DNA of 64,000 bases from NCBI GenBank assembly GCA_051362555.1, contig CM120645.1, positions 23,278,934-23,342,933 of the forward strand, in the 5' to 3' direction. The notes below the pieces were generated by a model. That model saw only the letters and a list, made by a program, of their open reading frames with translations, ran no database searches and was not told where the DNA came from. This DNA is from Lingula anatina (taxonomy: Eukaryota > Animalia > Brachiopoda). The number at the start of each line of letters is the position of its first letter. Position 1 is the stretch's first letter. Below are positions 39,561 to 53,600 of the stretch, piece after piece. Made by a program: the position numbers and the translations under genes.

Positions 39561-42500
39561 CTTATTTGCAATATTAAACAAAATTTACCTGCATAATTAT
39601 CACTGCTTACTTATTATTAATCTAGCAGAGAGCTTAACCTTTGGGAGTTTACAGGGAAATATCAACAAGTGTGCTTTATGTAATCTCATTTAATGGCCTA
39701 TTAATGACTTTATAACTCTGAACTTAGCTAAGTGATACCCAAGGGAAATTTACAGACTGACCCTCTCAAAGATCTTTCAGGCCCATAAGTCACATCTTAA
39801 GAAAAGCACATAACAATAATGCACAAAATAGGAGACTACCAATTCTGATGCAATAATACATATGTTTAACTGCACAGTCAACATCAAATTTTAATTATGC
39901 ACAACAGGTAACACCAACGAAAGTAAAAGCATAAGGCTTCAGGCCCTTCAGAGTTCAAGTTTATACTTTGAGAGTGCCAGAATGAGAAAAATGAAAATTT
40001 CACACAAAATTGCATGAATTCAATGATGAAAGATAACCCAATTGAGCTGGCTTTCTAATTTGAACTGCATGCCAATCCTAAAAATCATACTTGTAAGTTA
40101 AAAATAATAATAAGTAACACAGTTTTCTTTTCATAATGTTTGCAGTAGCAGTGCAAAAAAGTTTTTGTCAATTTTGATGTAACATTACATAATAAATTAT
40201 ATAATAATTATCACCAATTTTTTATTATTGACTATAAATAGCATGGGCATTTAGAAAATTTGATTACTATTCGGCTTCATGTCCATGGGAGCTACAAGTC
40301 CCACAATGAATATGCCAACACGATAATAATGAATTTTTCACTAAAATGTATAACTTCCAGAAAAAGAAGCCAATTAGACTGCTTTTCCAACTCAGGCTGC
40401 ATTTTAGTCCTGTGTTTCTTTTTTGAAACTTTGACAGTCATAAGTAACACGGTTTTCCCATAATGGTCATCATGGCAGCAGCACCAAAAATTGTGTTTTC
40501 TTCTATTTTGATGCAACATTACATAATGCTTAACAGCATAATGACCATCAATTTTTAATAATAATATATACGTATCATGGATTTTTAGAAAATGTGACTA
40601 GCATGGGTCTTCAAGCCCGTGGAGGTTCTAAGTCACACCTTGAAAATGCCAATATGTGAAAAATGAAATTTTCACAAAAAACTGTTTAACTGCCAGAAAA
40701 ATTTACCAAACAGACTACATTTCCTACTGAAGCTGTATTTTAGTCCCATGTTTCTTTCCTGTAAGTTTGAGAACAGTAAGTGACATGATTTTCCTTAAGT
40801 GCTCATCATGGGAGCAGTGCCCAAAATAGGGGTTTCTTCAAATTTTAATGTAACATTACATAATGTTTAACAGCATAATGACCATCTATTTTTAATAATA
40901 AAATATAAGTAACATGGACATTCAGAAAATGTGACAAGCAAAGGTCTTCAGGATCACAGAACTTCAAAGTCACACCTTGAAAATGCCAATATGTGAAAAA
41001 TTTAATTTTCACAAAAAACTGTTTAACTGCCAGAAAAAATTACCAAACAGACTGCATTGCCTACTGAAGCTGTATTTTAGTCCCATGTTTCTTTCCTGTA
41101 AGTTTGAGAACAGTAAGTGACATGATTTTCCTTAAATGGTCATCATGGGAGCAGTGCCCAAAATAGGGGTTTCTTCAAATTTTGATGCAATATTACATAA
41201 TGTTTAACAGCATAATGACCATCTATTTTTAATAATAAAATATTAGTATCATGGATATTCAGAAAATGTGACTAGCAAAGGTCTTCAGGCCCATGGAACT
41301 TCAAAGTCACATCTTGAAAATGCCAAAATGTAAACAAGACAGCACTGTTCTGAAATGTTTTTTTTTCCATTCTTAACAATTTTTTAACATGAAACAAAAT
41401 TAACAGTTTACTGCCATTTTTATATGACCAACTAAGAAAATTGATGAGATGGGAAAAATATCAATAGAACAGTATTAAATGTCCAATTTCCTCCATTCTG
41501 AGATTCTGAACATAGTGGATGGTTGAATCTGACAAACTGCAATGATATGTGTTTATTTCCATTTTTGACAATTCATTTCACAATACACGATAACAAGTTT
41601 ACCATCATTTTTACATAATCAACTAACAATGTTGTAAAGATGCAGGAAATGTCAAAAAAACACTTTTACATATCTTATTAGTTCAATAATGAGACTATTA
41701 ACATGCCTAAGAATTGAATCAGAGAAAATGTGAAAAAAAAGCATAACTTCCCTAAAAATGACCCAATCATGCTGATTTTCGAACTTGACCTGCGTATTAT
41801 AAATATTCATCAGTTCTGTAAGTTTCAAACCAAAAGGTAAAACTGTTTTCCACTTATCGTGTTTACGGTGTTGCATATATGCTGAAAAAAGTGAAAAAAA
41901 AGCAAAACTTCCCTAAAAATGACCTGATCATGCTGATTTTCGAACTTGACCTGCGTATTATACAAATTCATCAGTTCTGTAAGTTTCAAACCAAAAGGTA
42001 AAACAGTTTTCCACTTATCGTGTTTACGGTGTTGCATATATGCTGAAAAAAGTATTAAATGTCCAATTTCCTCCATTCTGAGATTCTGAACATAGTGGAT
42101 GGTTGAATCTGACAAACTGCAATGATATGTGTTTATTTCCATTTTTGACAATTCATTTCACAATACACGATAACAAGTTTACCATCATTTTTACATAATC
42201 AACTAACAATGTTGTAAAGATGCAGGAAATGTCAAAAAAACACTTTTACATATCTTATTAGTTCAATAATGAGACTATTAACATGCCTAAGAATTGAATC
42301 AGAGAAAATGTGAAAAAAAAGCATAACTTCCCTAAAAATGACCCAATCATGCTGATTTTCGAACTTGACCTGCGTATTATAAATATTCATCAGTTCTGTA
42401 AGTTTCAAACCAAAAGGTAAAACTGTTTTCCACTTATCGTGTTTACGGTGTTGCATATATGCTGAAAAAAGTGAAAAAACAGCATAACTTCCCTAAAAAT

Positions 42501-45500
42501 GGCCCAATCATGCTGATTTTCGAACTTGACCTGAATATTATGAATATTCATCAGTTCTGTAAGTTTCAAGTCAAAACGTAAATCCGTTTTCCACTTATCG
42601 TGTTTACGGTAAAAGTGCACGCCAACGGCAACGGCAACGGCAACGGCGACGACAGACGCAGGTGACGGCTACATGTACAGACACATCTGTGTCTGTACAT
42701 AATAAAAATTATAATAACTAAATACTTGTACTGCTTGTTATATTTATGTAAACTTCACTTCATGTCAGTAACAAGATATTCTGTTTAAATACACCAAGAC
42801 TGTAGCGTTCACTCATATCCTACCTGATTTGATAGATTTGATAGCACTAACAAACGAAGTGCGCACGTTGACAGCAGAGTCCCCATAGTTTTCGGACCAG
42901 GTAAATATGATCACCACACACATGATAGCCAGGACAGTCAAGGACACATCAAAGGGAGCTCTGAAAGATGATTATAATGTGGGCTTGAAAAACAAACTCC
43001 AAAAGGATTTTATCTAATTTGGAATTAACATGGAAACTTTCTTGCTATATTGTTCCAACAACAGTTTGTTAATGTAAAATTAAAAATCAAACTCAGATTG
43101 TGAAACTAAAAATTGTTACAAATGTCTGAAAAGGTTAATGATAAGAAAGTGATGATTTTTTTCTTTTTTTCCAAAACTTACTTTATCGCCTTTTTAAAAT
43201 TACCATTCATTTTTGCAAACAGTAACAATACGGAGCCAGTTTTATCATGAATCAGGAACACTTCTTTCAAAAAAAAAAAGACTCAAATCATTATGGTCAA
43301 ACAGATCATAAACGTAAACTTTAGTAAGATTTTGTTGTTATGACTCTCATTATTTGCACCTACACAAAACCAAAGCTGTCAGCGAAGAATTGTGCCACAA
43401 ATCCAGCCAAGATGGCCACCAAGGAGTTCCCCAGGGTGGCGTGCGAAAATAAGGTTCCGAGAAGATCCTGACTAAATCCTCTCTGAAAGACAATAAGACA
43501 GAATACGTCCAATACACAGAAATTAATTCAAATGTGGATATAGTGTCAACATTTAGCAGCAACCTGTAAGCCTGCAATACTGAATAAATGAACTTGACCT
43601 TAATATAGTCTCAGTGTATTAAAATATCACTGCATCAGTGACTAGCTGAAATTCTTGTGAGGATACCACCACAGTATCAAAATACATGTAACAATAGTTC
43701 AACTTACCAGACTGAGTAAGTTGAACTATCGTTTCATGTTTGAATATCTGCACCAAAGACACACAGGACCTAACACAATGGCATGATTGACTTTGTATTT
43801 CAAGGTTTTAATATGTATCAAATGGTTTTACAATGTTTCGACTTAAAGGACTACTTTTATGCCCTGGCCTACCTTATTGTGTTCATACACCAGCCAGGAT
43901 TCAAAAGCACTATATAATATGGACGTAGCTGTACCTCCTAGTAGCCGACCAATCATAAGGATCCAGAAATTGCCAAAGTGCTGAAATATAACAATATAAA
44001 AATTAACATTAAGACAGAAGAGTGAATATGGACATCTGTATTCATAACATACTGATTCAAACTAGGCTATTTTTTCCACCCAAAATATCTTTTTCCATCT
44101 GTGCCAGTTGTATAAAGTAAAAGAACCTTACAAAAATTTATTTAGAAAAATTGGGCAATATAAGTAGTTCTTGTTCAATAAGGGATCCATAAATAACCAA
44201 GCAATACATACAATATGACAACTAAAATAATTATATGGTATATCACATTTTAAAAAATACACAATGTTTGTCAAAATGACATAAAACGCCATGGTCTGTT
44301 TCGCAATATGCAGGCATAATTTGAAGGTTGCACAATGACATAACAGACACTGAGAGCAAATACTATAAATTTTTGACAGAAAACTCTCAGACCAGCAGTT
44401 ACGGAACATTTGCTGTATCAAATGACTTTTTACCAGACTGACTGTAAATTCAAAATGGCAGCTCTTAAAATTGGATCAACTGAAGACAAATTTCTACTGG
44501 TCTTGGGAATTTTTGGTCTTTATTAGGGACTGAAAATTTTACCAAAAGGCTGTCCAAATGATTTTATCTTTGGCTTGGAAGAATATCATAGGTTGTTTTC
44601 AGAGAGATTTAGATCGATCTAAAGATTAAGTTTTAGATCGACCTAACTCCCTGGGGGTTCACGCTAAATTGCAGTCAGCCGAGCGGGCACCATAGTTAAT
44701 TACCCCCTTACAGCTTTTAGTAGGCGGGACAGACGCTTAAGCCGGCCAAGCTGACAGTAATCTAGTGAGACTCCCCACAGGGATAGATCGATCTAAAAAT
44801 CTATGGAAATGTGGTGCTAGTGATACTAATAATAATAATCTTTATTGGAATATTGCAATCCAAAGGTACATATATATACTTTATATATTTATTTATTTAA
44901 ATGAAATTTATTTAAGTCAGAGAAGACTGGTCATTTTTTTTTTTTTTTTTTGCCCTGTTGCACTCTATAGACGCTCTCACCTCCCTGGGGAGGATACAGC
45001 CCGCCTGCCATATCAGGTGCTCAGAAGTGTTATACAACAGATTAAAATGCAAAATATCATATTCATATTATAAAGCATTTACTAGTAATAAGTCATGCTG
45101 GTATACTTCAATACTAATGAATCATATATATGTGACATATACTTTTGGAACCAAAATTGTAGTGCTTCACAGCTAAATATTTAAGTGAATTTCAAGTCTC
45201 CATATATTTTTAGGAATAGAAAAGCTGCTGGAAATGGAAAAGAAATGGCGATTGGTTTCATTCTGGCCTGGTGATAGGACCTGTGAGTGGCGCCACCTAC
45301 CTTAGTGACACACGCCATACCATAGAGCACACCATACAGGATACAGTTGGCTCGCCTTCCACTAGAAATAAAGTAAATATCAGGGTCAATACCTTAAATA
45401 TTATATATACCACAATGTCTTTTTTCTTTAACCAAAGAATTTTTTTTTCAAAAAGACACTGTACTGAAATATTATAATTACTATTTGAATTTGGTAATCT

Positions 45501-45656
45501 CATCTCTCTTCAATAAAAATATGAGAAAACACCCCATCAAAGAAAAACAAAATTGTCCTTTTTTGAAGTTGTTTAAGCAAGGAAATACTAGCAGATGGAT
45601 CTTATTTAATAAAGGTAGCTTTTCCTTTGGCTCAATGCAGTTAAAATGATCTAAAG

Positions 45657-45702
<46 letters not shown>

Positions 45703-48553
45703 GGGGGGTAAGGGGGAGGGGAGGGGTACAGCTATAGTAGACAGCATGACAGAAGACTTACTACTTGTCAGCAAATGAACCGACCACAGTCCCAAAGATC
45801 ATACTGGCGCCAAAGCCTGCCACGAAGAGCACCTCAATGTCGTGAGTGCTCATTCCATAGTGCTGATACAGGGCGTACACATGGGGTCCCTGCAGCCAGT
45901 CCCCAGCTGAAACATAACAACATCAACCATGTTACCAGGCATGATAATAACTTTTTAAAATAAAATAATAAAACAAGCTCATTTTTTAACTCGAGCTGTA
46001 TTTTGTAAATATTCATCAGTTCTGGTAAAAAGTAAAACCTTTTTTTCCACTTATCATGTTATCTCTGAATCGGCAATGGCGACGACAGCAACAACAGACA
46101 CAGGTGACGGCTAAATGTGTTAGTAGACATATCTGTGTCTGTGCTTTAACAAGGCGTCAAAATGTCATCAGAACAAATCAAGGCCCTCTTGTCCTCACTC
46201 CTCCTGACCCTCTGGTTGTAGATCTTAGGATAAACAGATGTCTCCCAAAGAAACAAAATCTGAAGGGCACCTGTTAAGATTCTCTATTACAAGGAGAGGG
46301 AACAGGAGAGACAAGAAAGGTGGTCCCGATCCTGCCATATTGACACTTTTATCAAAGGGTGACAGCATTTTATTTTTTTAATGATTAAAACTGGTTTAAT
46401 GGTGCCAAACCAATGCCACACATTCAGGTGATAAGAGAAGAGCATAACAGGTCATCTTCATGGCTGTTTTTTTTTTTTTTTTTTTTTTTTTTGTAATTCA
46501 GTTATTAAAACTTGTTGATGAAATTTTGGTTCTGTTTTGAGATTACATTAATTTTATGCGTTTGGGTAACAGGGTCCACTTCCAACAATATAACTATTTG
46601 ACAAAATAAGTGGAAATAACTTTAAAATATGTTTGCTACCTGAATGTAATGAAATCTAATTATGATTGGCATGTTGTGTAATATTTTTTTACCTATGGTT
46701 CGGGGTAGTCGGGTAAAAACCTTATTTAACTGGTTATAATAGATTGGCAAAACTGCATGGAATACGTATGTAACAAAGGGCAAAAATAGCAGTCTTGGAT
46801 GAAGTGTTTAGATGAAGAAGAATGTACTGTATGTAGAATTGCAGTTTATCCAAATGGTACTGTAACTTGAAAAATTAACTAAATGACGGCATATATTTCA
46901 TATTTTTAAATATGAATATATAATATGAATGTACATATTAATATATGTTTAAATATCTGAAAATGTTCCCTTCTTATGTATGTTTTTTAGCCAAATACCT
47001 GATTTTTTATTACAAAATCAATGGCAAATTGAAAATAAAATATTGCATGTAACATTTTATATATTACTTTTCTTAAAAAGAAAAACAAACTTAACCTCAC
47101 TGCTAATATATATACTGATGCGGTTATGGGTTCACTTAATTATACATTCCATTCCTACCCATACCTCGTATAATATGAGCATATTAATAATTAATGCCAG
47201 TTAAACCAACCTTTACCATCAATTATACACTAACCTATCCCATACAATGTGGAGATCAATGTATAGCTTCATAACAATATGCCAAGTTGTGATAGATCAT
47301 TTTAACTGCATTGAGCCACCAGAAAAGCTACCCTATGTTTAACTTCTGTACTAGTACGCATATAAAATCAAGGACCTAAACTTCTTTTAACATATTGACA
47401 ATTTGACCTAGAAATGACTCCACCCCCTTTTTCTATTGGAGTCGCACACAAGCATACACGCATGCACCCACATACACTGTAGGTTCTAATTTATCATGAT
47501 AGCCCTGACATTTACTGTGTGAAGATTTTTGTTCTCTTTAAAATTCCTCTTTGCACGACAGAGTTAAAAGCAGGTTTATCAGACGTCACCTTGCAATATA
47601 TTAAGAAAGCAAAAACTTACAGAGCATGCTGGTATGAGCTCTAAATCATTCTACAATATGACATCAGTTCAAGATTAAATCAGGTTGTCAAAAATCCCTT
47701 TTTACATACACTCATTGAAACTTTATCGCTTAAAGATTTAAAGTCAAACTTTTGCCACAAACCCAACCATACACAATGATTTATGATCAAGTCTTTCAAT
47801 TCAGCTTTGATTTAGGTAAAGAATGCCACGAACTGGTAGTATTAAAGTTGTTATACATATAATTTTATTTTGTATGAGACCCCCATCAGTGTGTTATTTA
47901 AATGCATTACCTCAGGGTAAGCTCTCATATATTATACATTTTCATATCCATATACCAACATTTTAATGCAATGGAATATGCACTGGCTCTGGGCCATTTT
48001 TACCTGTTTTTCATATTGTTCACTTGCATGCATAATTATCTTATTATCTGGCAAGATAAAATACGAGATAAATAAAGAATCAAGTACCAGTAACCTGCTC
48101 ACTTCATCTAGATCTTAACAGTTCAAGATCCAAAAGAAAAGAATCAAGCACCCATGCAAACAGAGGGATCGAGTTATCATAGTTATCAGTTTAAAAAATC
48201 TGGCTATGACTGTCACAGGATGATTATTCACACTTCATTTACTGAACCGTGAAATTATCTGGGACTGCTTTATGGAATAACTTTTTTCAAAAAATAAGCA
48301 TTTTTTGCTGCCCCCCCCCCCTCTCTCTCTCACACACACACACACACGCACACGTACATTGAGGAAGCTTAAAAACTGAAAATCCAGCTATTTCTCAATA
48401 CTCACCCATAGCCAGCATGTAGACCACGAGATAGGTGAGCTGAAAACTTCTAAACGCCGCATCCCCCGATGCCGTGGTGTCAGAGCGAGTGTATAGAAAC
48501 AACACAACACAAATCACCACCAACACCCACAGGCTCGCCACGAAAATACTCAT
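27107..48553 (-). CDS. MFSD5: MFSD5 / molybdate-anion transporter (MOT2-type MFS), ~477 aa, 13 exons
   Basis: Exons 48553-48406, 45906-45762, 45361-45301, 43980-43873, 43482-43364, 42960-42824, 38530-38325, 37889-37819, 37516-37462, 37038-36936, 36502-36435, 36096-36017, 27239-27107 (1434 nt, phases consistent). Hallmarks [86 protein letters not shown]. Confidence 0.92.
29721..30667. mobile_element. TIR element remnant (15-bp TIR agagtcttttccacg), unclassified
   Basis: agagtcttttccacg at 29721 and cgtggaaaagactct ending at 30667; contains a short ORF remnant (30582-30382) interrupted by a foldback MITE. Confidence 0.6.
29808..30381. mobile_element. Foldback MITE (~265-bp imperfect inverted arms, ~55-bp spacer)
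   Basis: ttcggtacttttgtagtatacccc...ttttatgtgaaca mirrored by tgttcacataaaa...ggggtatactacaaaagtaccgaa. Confidence 0.8.
30747..35324 (-). mobile_element. Large composite Helentron-associated (HINE-like) element, copy 1 (MFSD5 intron 12)
   Basis: One end aacaaggcagcaaagctgtcaaatgtacagaca (small hairpin + subTIR). Other end (GACGGC)n...atgtacagacacatctgtgtctgtacat (subTIR + palindrome) in an A/T run. Internal ~145-bp tandem array 34240-35240, nested small HINE and (TA)n. Confidence 0.75.
35572..35960. repeat. Compound (GT)n microsatellite with duplicated interspersed blocks
   Basis: gcacgtgcatgcaataccatgtgtatataagttatactgtgtgtgcttgtc occurs near 35612 and 35806 among GT runs. Confidence 0.9.
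36626..36867 (-). mobile_element. Small (~240 bp) HINE-like element, standalone copy
   Basis: aactagaaaagcactccgagagagcagacctccgccaagg ... (GACA)n ... aacctccttggcggaggtaa (subTIRs, hairpins). Same family is nested at ~31315-31500, ~39216-39437 and ~50305-50540. Confidence 0.75.
38655..42703 (-). mobile_element. Large composite HINE-like element, copy 2 (MFSD5 intron 6)
   Basis: Same termini as copy 1; ~240-bp and ~145-bp internal arrays; internal duplication with 580-bp offset. Confidence 0.75.
44600..44810. mobile_element. Degenerate small hairpin-type MITE
   Basis: tttagatcgatctaaa near 44608 and tagatcgatctaaaaatct near 44784, with partly complementary interior. Confidence 0.4.
44930..45030 (-). 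mobile_element. SINE fragment resembling the Nin/Deu conserved domain
   Basis: Minus strand reads ggcaggcgggctgtatcctccccagggaggtgaga followed by an A-rich tail; resembles the recalled Nin-domain core ggctgtatgctccccagggag. Confidence 0.45.
45950..46150 (-). mobile_element. Terminal fragment of the large HINE family
   Basis: aatattcatcagttctg...ttccacttatcatgttatc...cagacacaggtgacggcta...gacatatctgtgtctg matches the ends at ~35310 and ~42700. Confidence 0.6.
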
Positions 48554-49189
48554 CTTTGGCGCGGCCCGCTAGCGCCAGAATAACCCCGACTGGACAGCAG
48601 ATGAAACAGTGCAGATCTCTGGCTGTTCTAGTCGCCGAATGCTGCTAGTTTTGCTCTCTAAACGAGTTAATTTAGTTTCAGGTGCTTCTCTGCTTGGCTG
48701 TGATAGTCGGTGTGGGTAAAAATAGGTCACGGATGTTCGATTTATACATACCGTCACACCTAACACAATGGCCGGTTGTTCAGCGCTGTCGCAATTTCCC
48801 TCCCACGGGTTTTAATACCTATGACTGGAAACTATGACAAGGCCCACCAAACAAACCAGTATAAAAAAATGACTTAATTAAAAAAGGAATAAAACTTGTA
48901 TCTGAGTGCAAGGTTGGATGAAGAAATGCTGCTTATAACTGCTTATAACCCCAGGAAAAATTATTTTGGCGTATCTAGGTAATATTTTCTTAAACAAATA
49001 CTAGTCAAATAGTCCAATATTCCAGGATGTTACACTTAACGCGATAAAAAGTTTCTCTTTAAAAGGAGGTATTAAAATTAGGGAATGAATATGATCTGGG
49101 AATGGGTCTGAAGTTAAGGAAGCAAAGATTAAAATCTCGGAAGGTAGGATTTCTTTATAAATGAGAAACTGTTTAAACGCATACAACTG

Positions 49190-49686
49190 CAGGGCCGTAG
49201 CCTGAGCAAAATGCCAGGGGGGGGGGGGGCAGTAAACGGACACGAGGGGGCAAAGCCCCCGAGGGGGGAGGGGGTGTCCCCCTCCCACGGTGTGGAAAAT
49301 TTTTAAAAACTGTATGTATAATACTGCATTCTGGTGCATTTTAACTTTTATTTATTGCTCAATCAGAAGTCAGAAATTGTGGGTTCATTTTGCCATAAGT
49401 ACAGTCATTTTTTCAACACAACACGCCAATTGGACTTCATTTCCTAAGGGGGGTGAGCTTTCTGGCATGAACTGAGTTGGCTAAAAACAGTACACCTTTG
49501 TAAACAGATTGTTGAATGATTGTCTAGTGGCCATGAGTGCATTTTCTCACAGAATTGATACCAACTTTGCAATTATTTTTTTTTACCTTTGCGATTATTA
49601 TTTTTGCACCTCAAATCCCGGGGGGGGGGGGGGGGGGGGGGGGGGGCAGCTGCCCCCCCCCCGTCCCCCCGGAGGCTACGGCCCTG
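49190..49686. mobile_element. MITE with 14-bp TIRs (cagggccgtagcct)
   Basis: cagggccgtagcct at 49190 and aggctacggccctg ending at 49686; G-rich subterminal tracts; no clear TSD. Confidence 0.7.
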
Positions 49687-49736
49687 TCCTCTGTATAAAT
49701 AATAAAAGTTTCTGTACTCCTCCTGGATCTAAAAAA

Positions 49737-50587
49737 AACAAGGCAGCAAAGCTGTCAAATGTACAGACAAAAAACAGAAAATAAAGATGCAAAAAAGGTC
49801 ATTTTGTCAATTTTGATGCAATAATAAATAATGCTTATAATAGCACTGTCAGTCAACACTGAATTTTAATCTTGCACAACAGGTAACATGGTCAATAACA
49901 GGAGCGGACCCAGAGATATTTTCTGACAGTATCACGAATCTATGTTGATCCATCCTCCATTTTGATGGTCTTCCAACAGAAAAAAATAGATACCAGTCAA
50001 TATAAACTTAATAACCTGACTGTCTTCCGGAAGACCCAGAAGATGGTCTCAATCCACCCTTTCAATAAGATTACAGTTTCAGGACCATGAGAGTTCAAAT
50101 TCACATTATGAAAGTCTCAATATTTGAAAAATGATGAAAGTGCATAAAATAATATTACATAATGTTTAAAGACATAAAAAACAATACAACTGCTTATGTA
50201 GAAATACAGAAAATGTGCAGAGCCCCAGGCAGATGAGAGCCTGCCTGGGGCTAAAAGTCACAAATGCAAGTGTTTGAGAAAAAATTATAAAGGAAAACAA
50301 CAAAACTAGAAAAGCACTTTGAGAGTGCAGACCTCTGCCAAGGCAGCAATTGTTGATTATTATTGATAATTGATTGATTATTGATCCGGACCACCACCAA
50401 AAATTAATCATTGTCCTCTTTGGCCCACTTCCGACAGTTCCTGAAAATTTCTGCAAAATCAGTCCATAACTTTTTGTGTTATGTGGATGACAGACAAACA
50501 GGGGTGAAAATATAACCTCCTTGGCAGAGCTTGAGGTAAATATAATTCCAATGAAGCTGCTATTCAAACTTTTAATCTTCCAGTTTG

Positions 50588-50618
<31 letters not shown>

Positions 50619-53600
50619 AAAAACTTATTTGCAATATTAAACAAAATTTACCTGCATAATTATCACTGCTTCCTTATTATTAATCTAGCAGAGAGCTTTA
50701 CCTTTGGGAGTTTTCAGGGAAATATCAACAAGTGTGCTTTACGTAATCTCATTTAATGGCCTATTAAAGCAAATGACTTTATAACTCTGAAATTAATCTA
50801 GTGATACCCAAGGGTAATTTACAGACTGACCCACTCAAAGGTCTTCAGGCCCATAAGTCACACCTTAAGAAAAGCACAAAACCATAATGCCCAAAATAGG
50901 AGACTACCAATCCTGATGCAATAATACATTATGTCAACATCAACTTATGCACAACAGGTAACACAGACGAAAGTAAAAGCATAAGGCTTCAGGCCCATCA
51001 GAGTTCAAGTTTATACTTAGAAAGTGCCAGAATGAGAAAAATGAAAATTTCACAAAAAATGCATAAATACAATAAACATGATAATCCAATAGAGCTGGTT
51101 TTCTCATGAGCTGAAGGCCAATCCTAAAAATCGTACTTGTAAGTTTAAAATTATAATAAGTAGCACAGTTTTCTTTTCATAATGTTTGCAGTAGCAGTGC
51201 AAAAAGATTGTCAATTTTGATGTAACATTACATAATAAATTAGAGAATAATTATCATCAATTTTTGTTTATTGACTATAAATAGGATGGACATGTAGAAA
51301 ATATGATTACCATTTGGCTTCATGTCCATGGGAGCTCCGAGTCCCACAATGAATATGCCAAAAAAGATAATGAATATAACACTAAAATGTATAGCTTCCA
51401 GAAAAAGAAGCCAATTAGACTGCTTTTCTAACTCAGGCTGCATTTTAGTCCTGTGTTTCTTTTTTGAAAGTTTGACAGTTATAAGTAACACGGTTTTTCC
51501 ATAATGGTCATCAAGGCAGCAGCACCAAAAATTGTTTTCTTCTATTTTGATGCAACATTACATAATGCTTAACAGCATAATGACCATCGATTTTTAATAA
51601 TAAAATATAAGTGTCATGGATTTTCACAAAATGTGACTAGCACGGGTCTTCAAGCCCGTGGAGGTTCTAAGTCACACCTTGGAAATGCCAATATGTGAAA
51701 AATTAAATTTTCACAAAAAACTGTTTAATTGCCAGAAAAATTTACCAAACAGACTGCATTGCCTACTGAAGCTGTATTTTAGACCCACGTTTCTTTCCTG
51801 TAAGTTTGAGAACAGTAATTGACATGATTTTTGTTAAATGGTCATCATGGGAGCAGTGCCCAAAATAGGGGTTTCTTCAAATTTTGATGCAACATTACAT
51901 AATGTTTAACAGCATAATGACCATCAATTTTTAATTATAAAATATTAGTATCATGGATATTCAGGAAATGTGACAAGCAAAGGTCTTCAGGATCATGGAA
52001 CTTCAAAGTCACACCTTGAAAATGCCAATAAGTGAAAAATTAAATTTTCACAAAAAACTGTTTAATTGCCAGAAAAATTTACCAAACAGACTGCATTGCC
52101 TACTGGAGCTGTATTTTAGTCCCATGTTTCTTTCCTGTAAGTTTGAGAACAGTAAGTGACATGATTTTCTTTAAATGGTCATCATGGGAGCAGTGCCCAA
52201 AATAGGGGTTTCTTAAAATTTTCATGCAATATTACATAATGTTTTACTGCATAATGACCATCAATTTTTAATTATAAAATATTAGTATCATGGTTATTCA
52301 GAAAATGTGACTAGCAAAAGCCTTCAGGCCCATGGAACTTCAAAGTCACATATTGAAAATGCCAAAATGTAAACAATACAGCACTGTTCTGAAATGGGTT
52401 TATTTCCATTTTTAACACTTTTTAAACATAAAACAACATAAACAGTTTACTGCCATTTTTATATGACCAATGAAGAAAATTGATGAGATGGGAAAAGTAT
52501 CAATAGAACAGTTTTAAATGTCCAACTTCCTCCATTCTGAGATTCTGAACATAGTGGATGAATACATCTGACAAACTGCAATGATATGAGTTTATTTCCA
52601 TTTTTGACACTTTATTACACAATACAAGATAACAAGTTTACCATCATTTTTACAAAATCAACTAACAATGTTGTAAAGATGCAGGAAATGCCAAACAAAC
52701 ACATTTACGTATCTTATTAGTTCAATAATGAGACTGTTAACATGCCTAAGAATTGAATGTGAGGAAATGTGAAAAAACAGCATTACCTTTTAAAATAATG
52801 GACTGATTACGCTGATTTTCAAACTCAACCTGCGTTTTAGTAAGATTGGCCCCTCCTGTGAGTATAATGACAATTGGCCAATCTGTTTTTCTTATATTGT
52901 GTTATCAGTGTTGCATATATACTGAAAAAAGTGAAAAAAAACAGCATAAATTCCCTATAAGTGACCCGATCGTGCTGATTTTCGAACTTGACCTGCGTAT
53001 TATGAATATTTATCAGTTCTGTAAGTTTCAAGCCAAAGGGTAAAACAGCTCTTCATTTATTGTGTTATCAGTGTTGCAAAAATGCTGAAAAAAAGTGAAA
53101 AAATAGCCTAAATTCACTAAAAATGACCCAATCATGCTGATTTTCGAACTTGACCTGCGTATTATGAATATTCATCAGTTCTGTAGGTTTCAAGCCAAAA
53201 GGTCAAATGGTTTTCCATTTATGGTGTTATCCGTGCTGTATATATGCTGAAAAAAAGAGAAAAAATAGCCTAAATTCACTAAAAATGATCCAATCACGCT
53301 GATTTTCGAACTTGACCTGCGTATTATGTATATTCATCAGTTCTGTAAGTTTCAAGCCAAAAGGTAAAATGGTTTTCCACTTATTGTGTTATCGGTGCTG
53401 CATATATGCTGAAAAAAGTGAAAAAACAGCATAAATTCCCTTTAAGTGACCCGATCATGCTGATTTTCGAACTCAACCTGCGTATTATGAATATTCATCA
53501 GTTCTGTAAGTTTCAAGCCAAAAGGTACAATGGTTTTCCACTTATGGTGTTATCGGTGCTGCATATATGTTGAAAAAAGTGAAAAAACAGCATAAATTCC

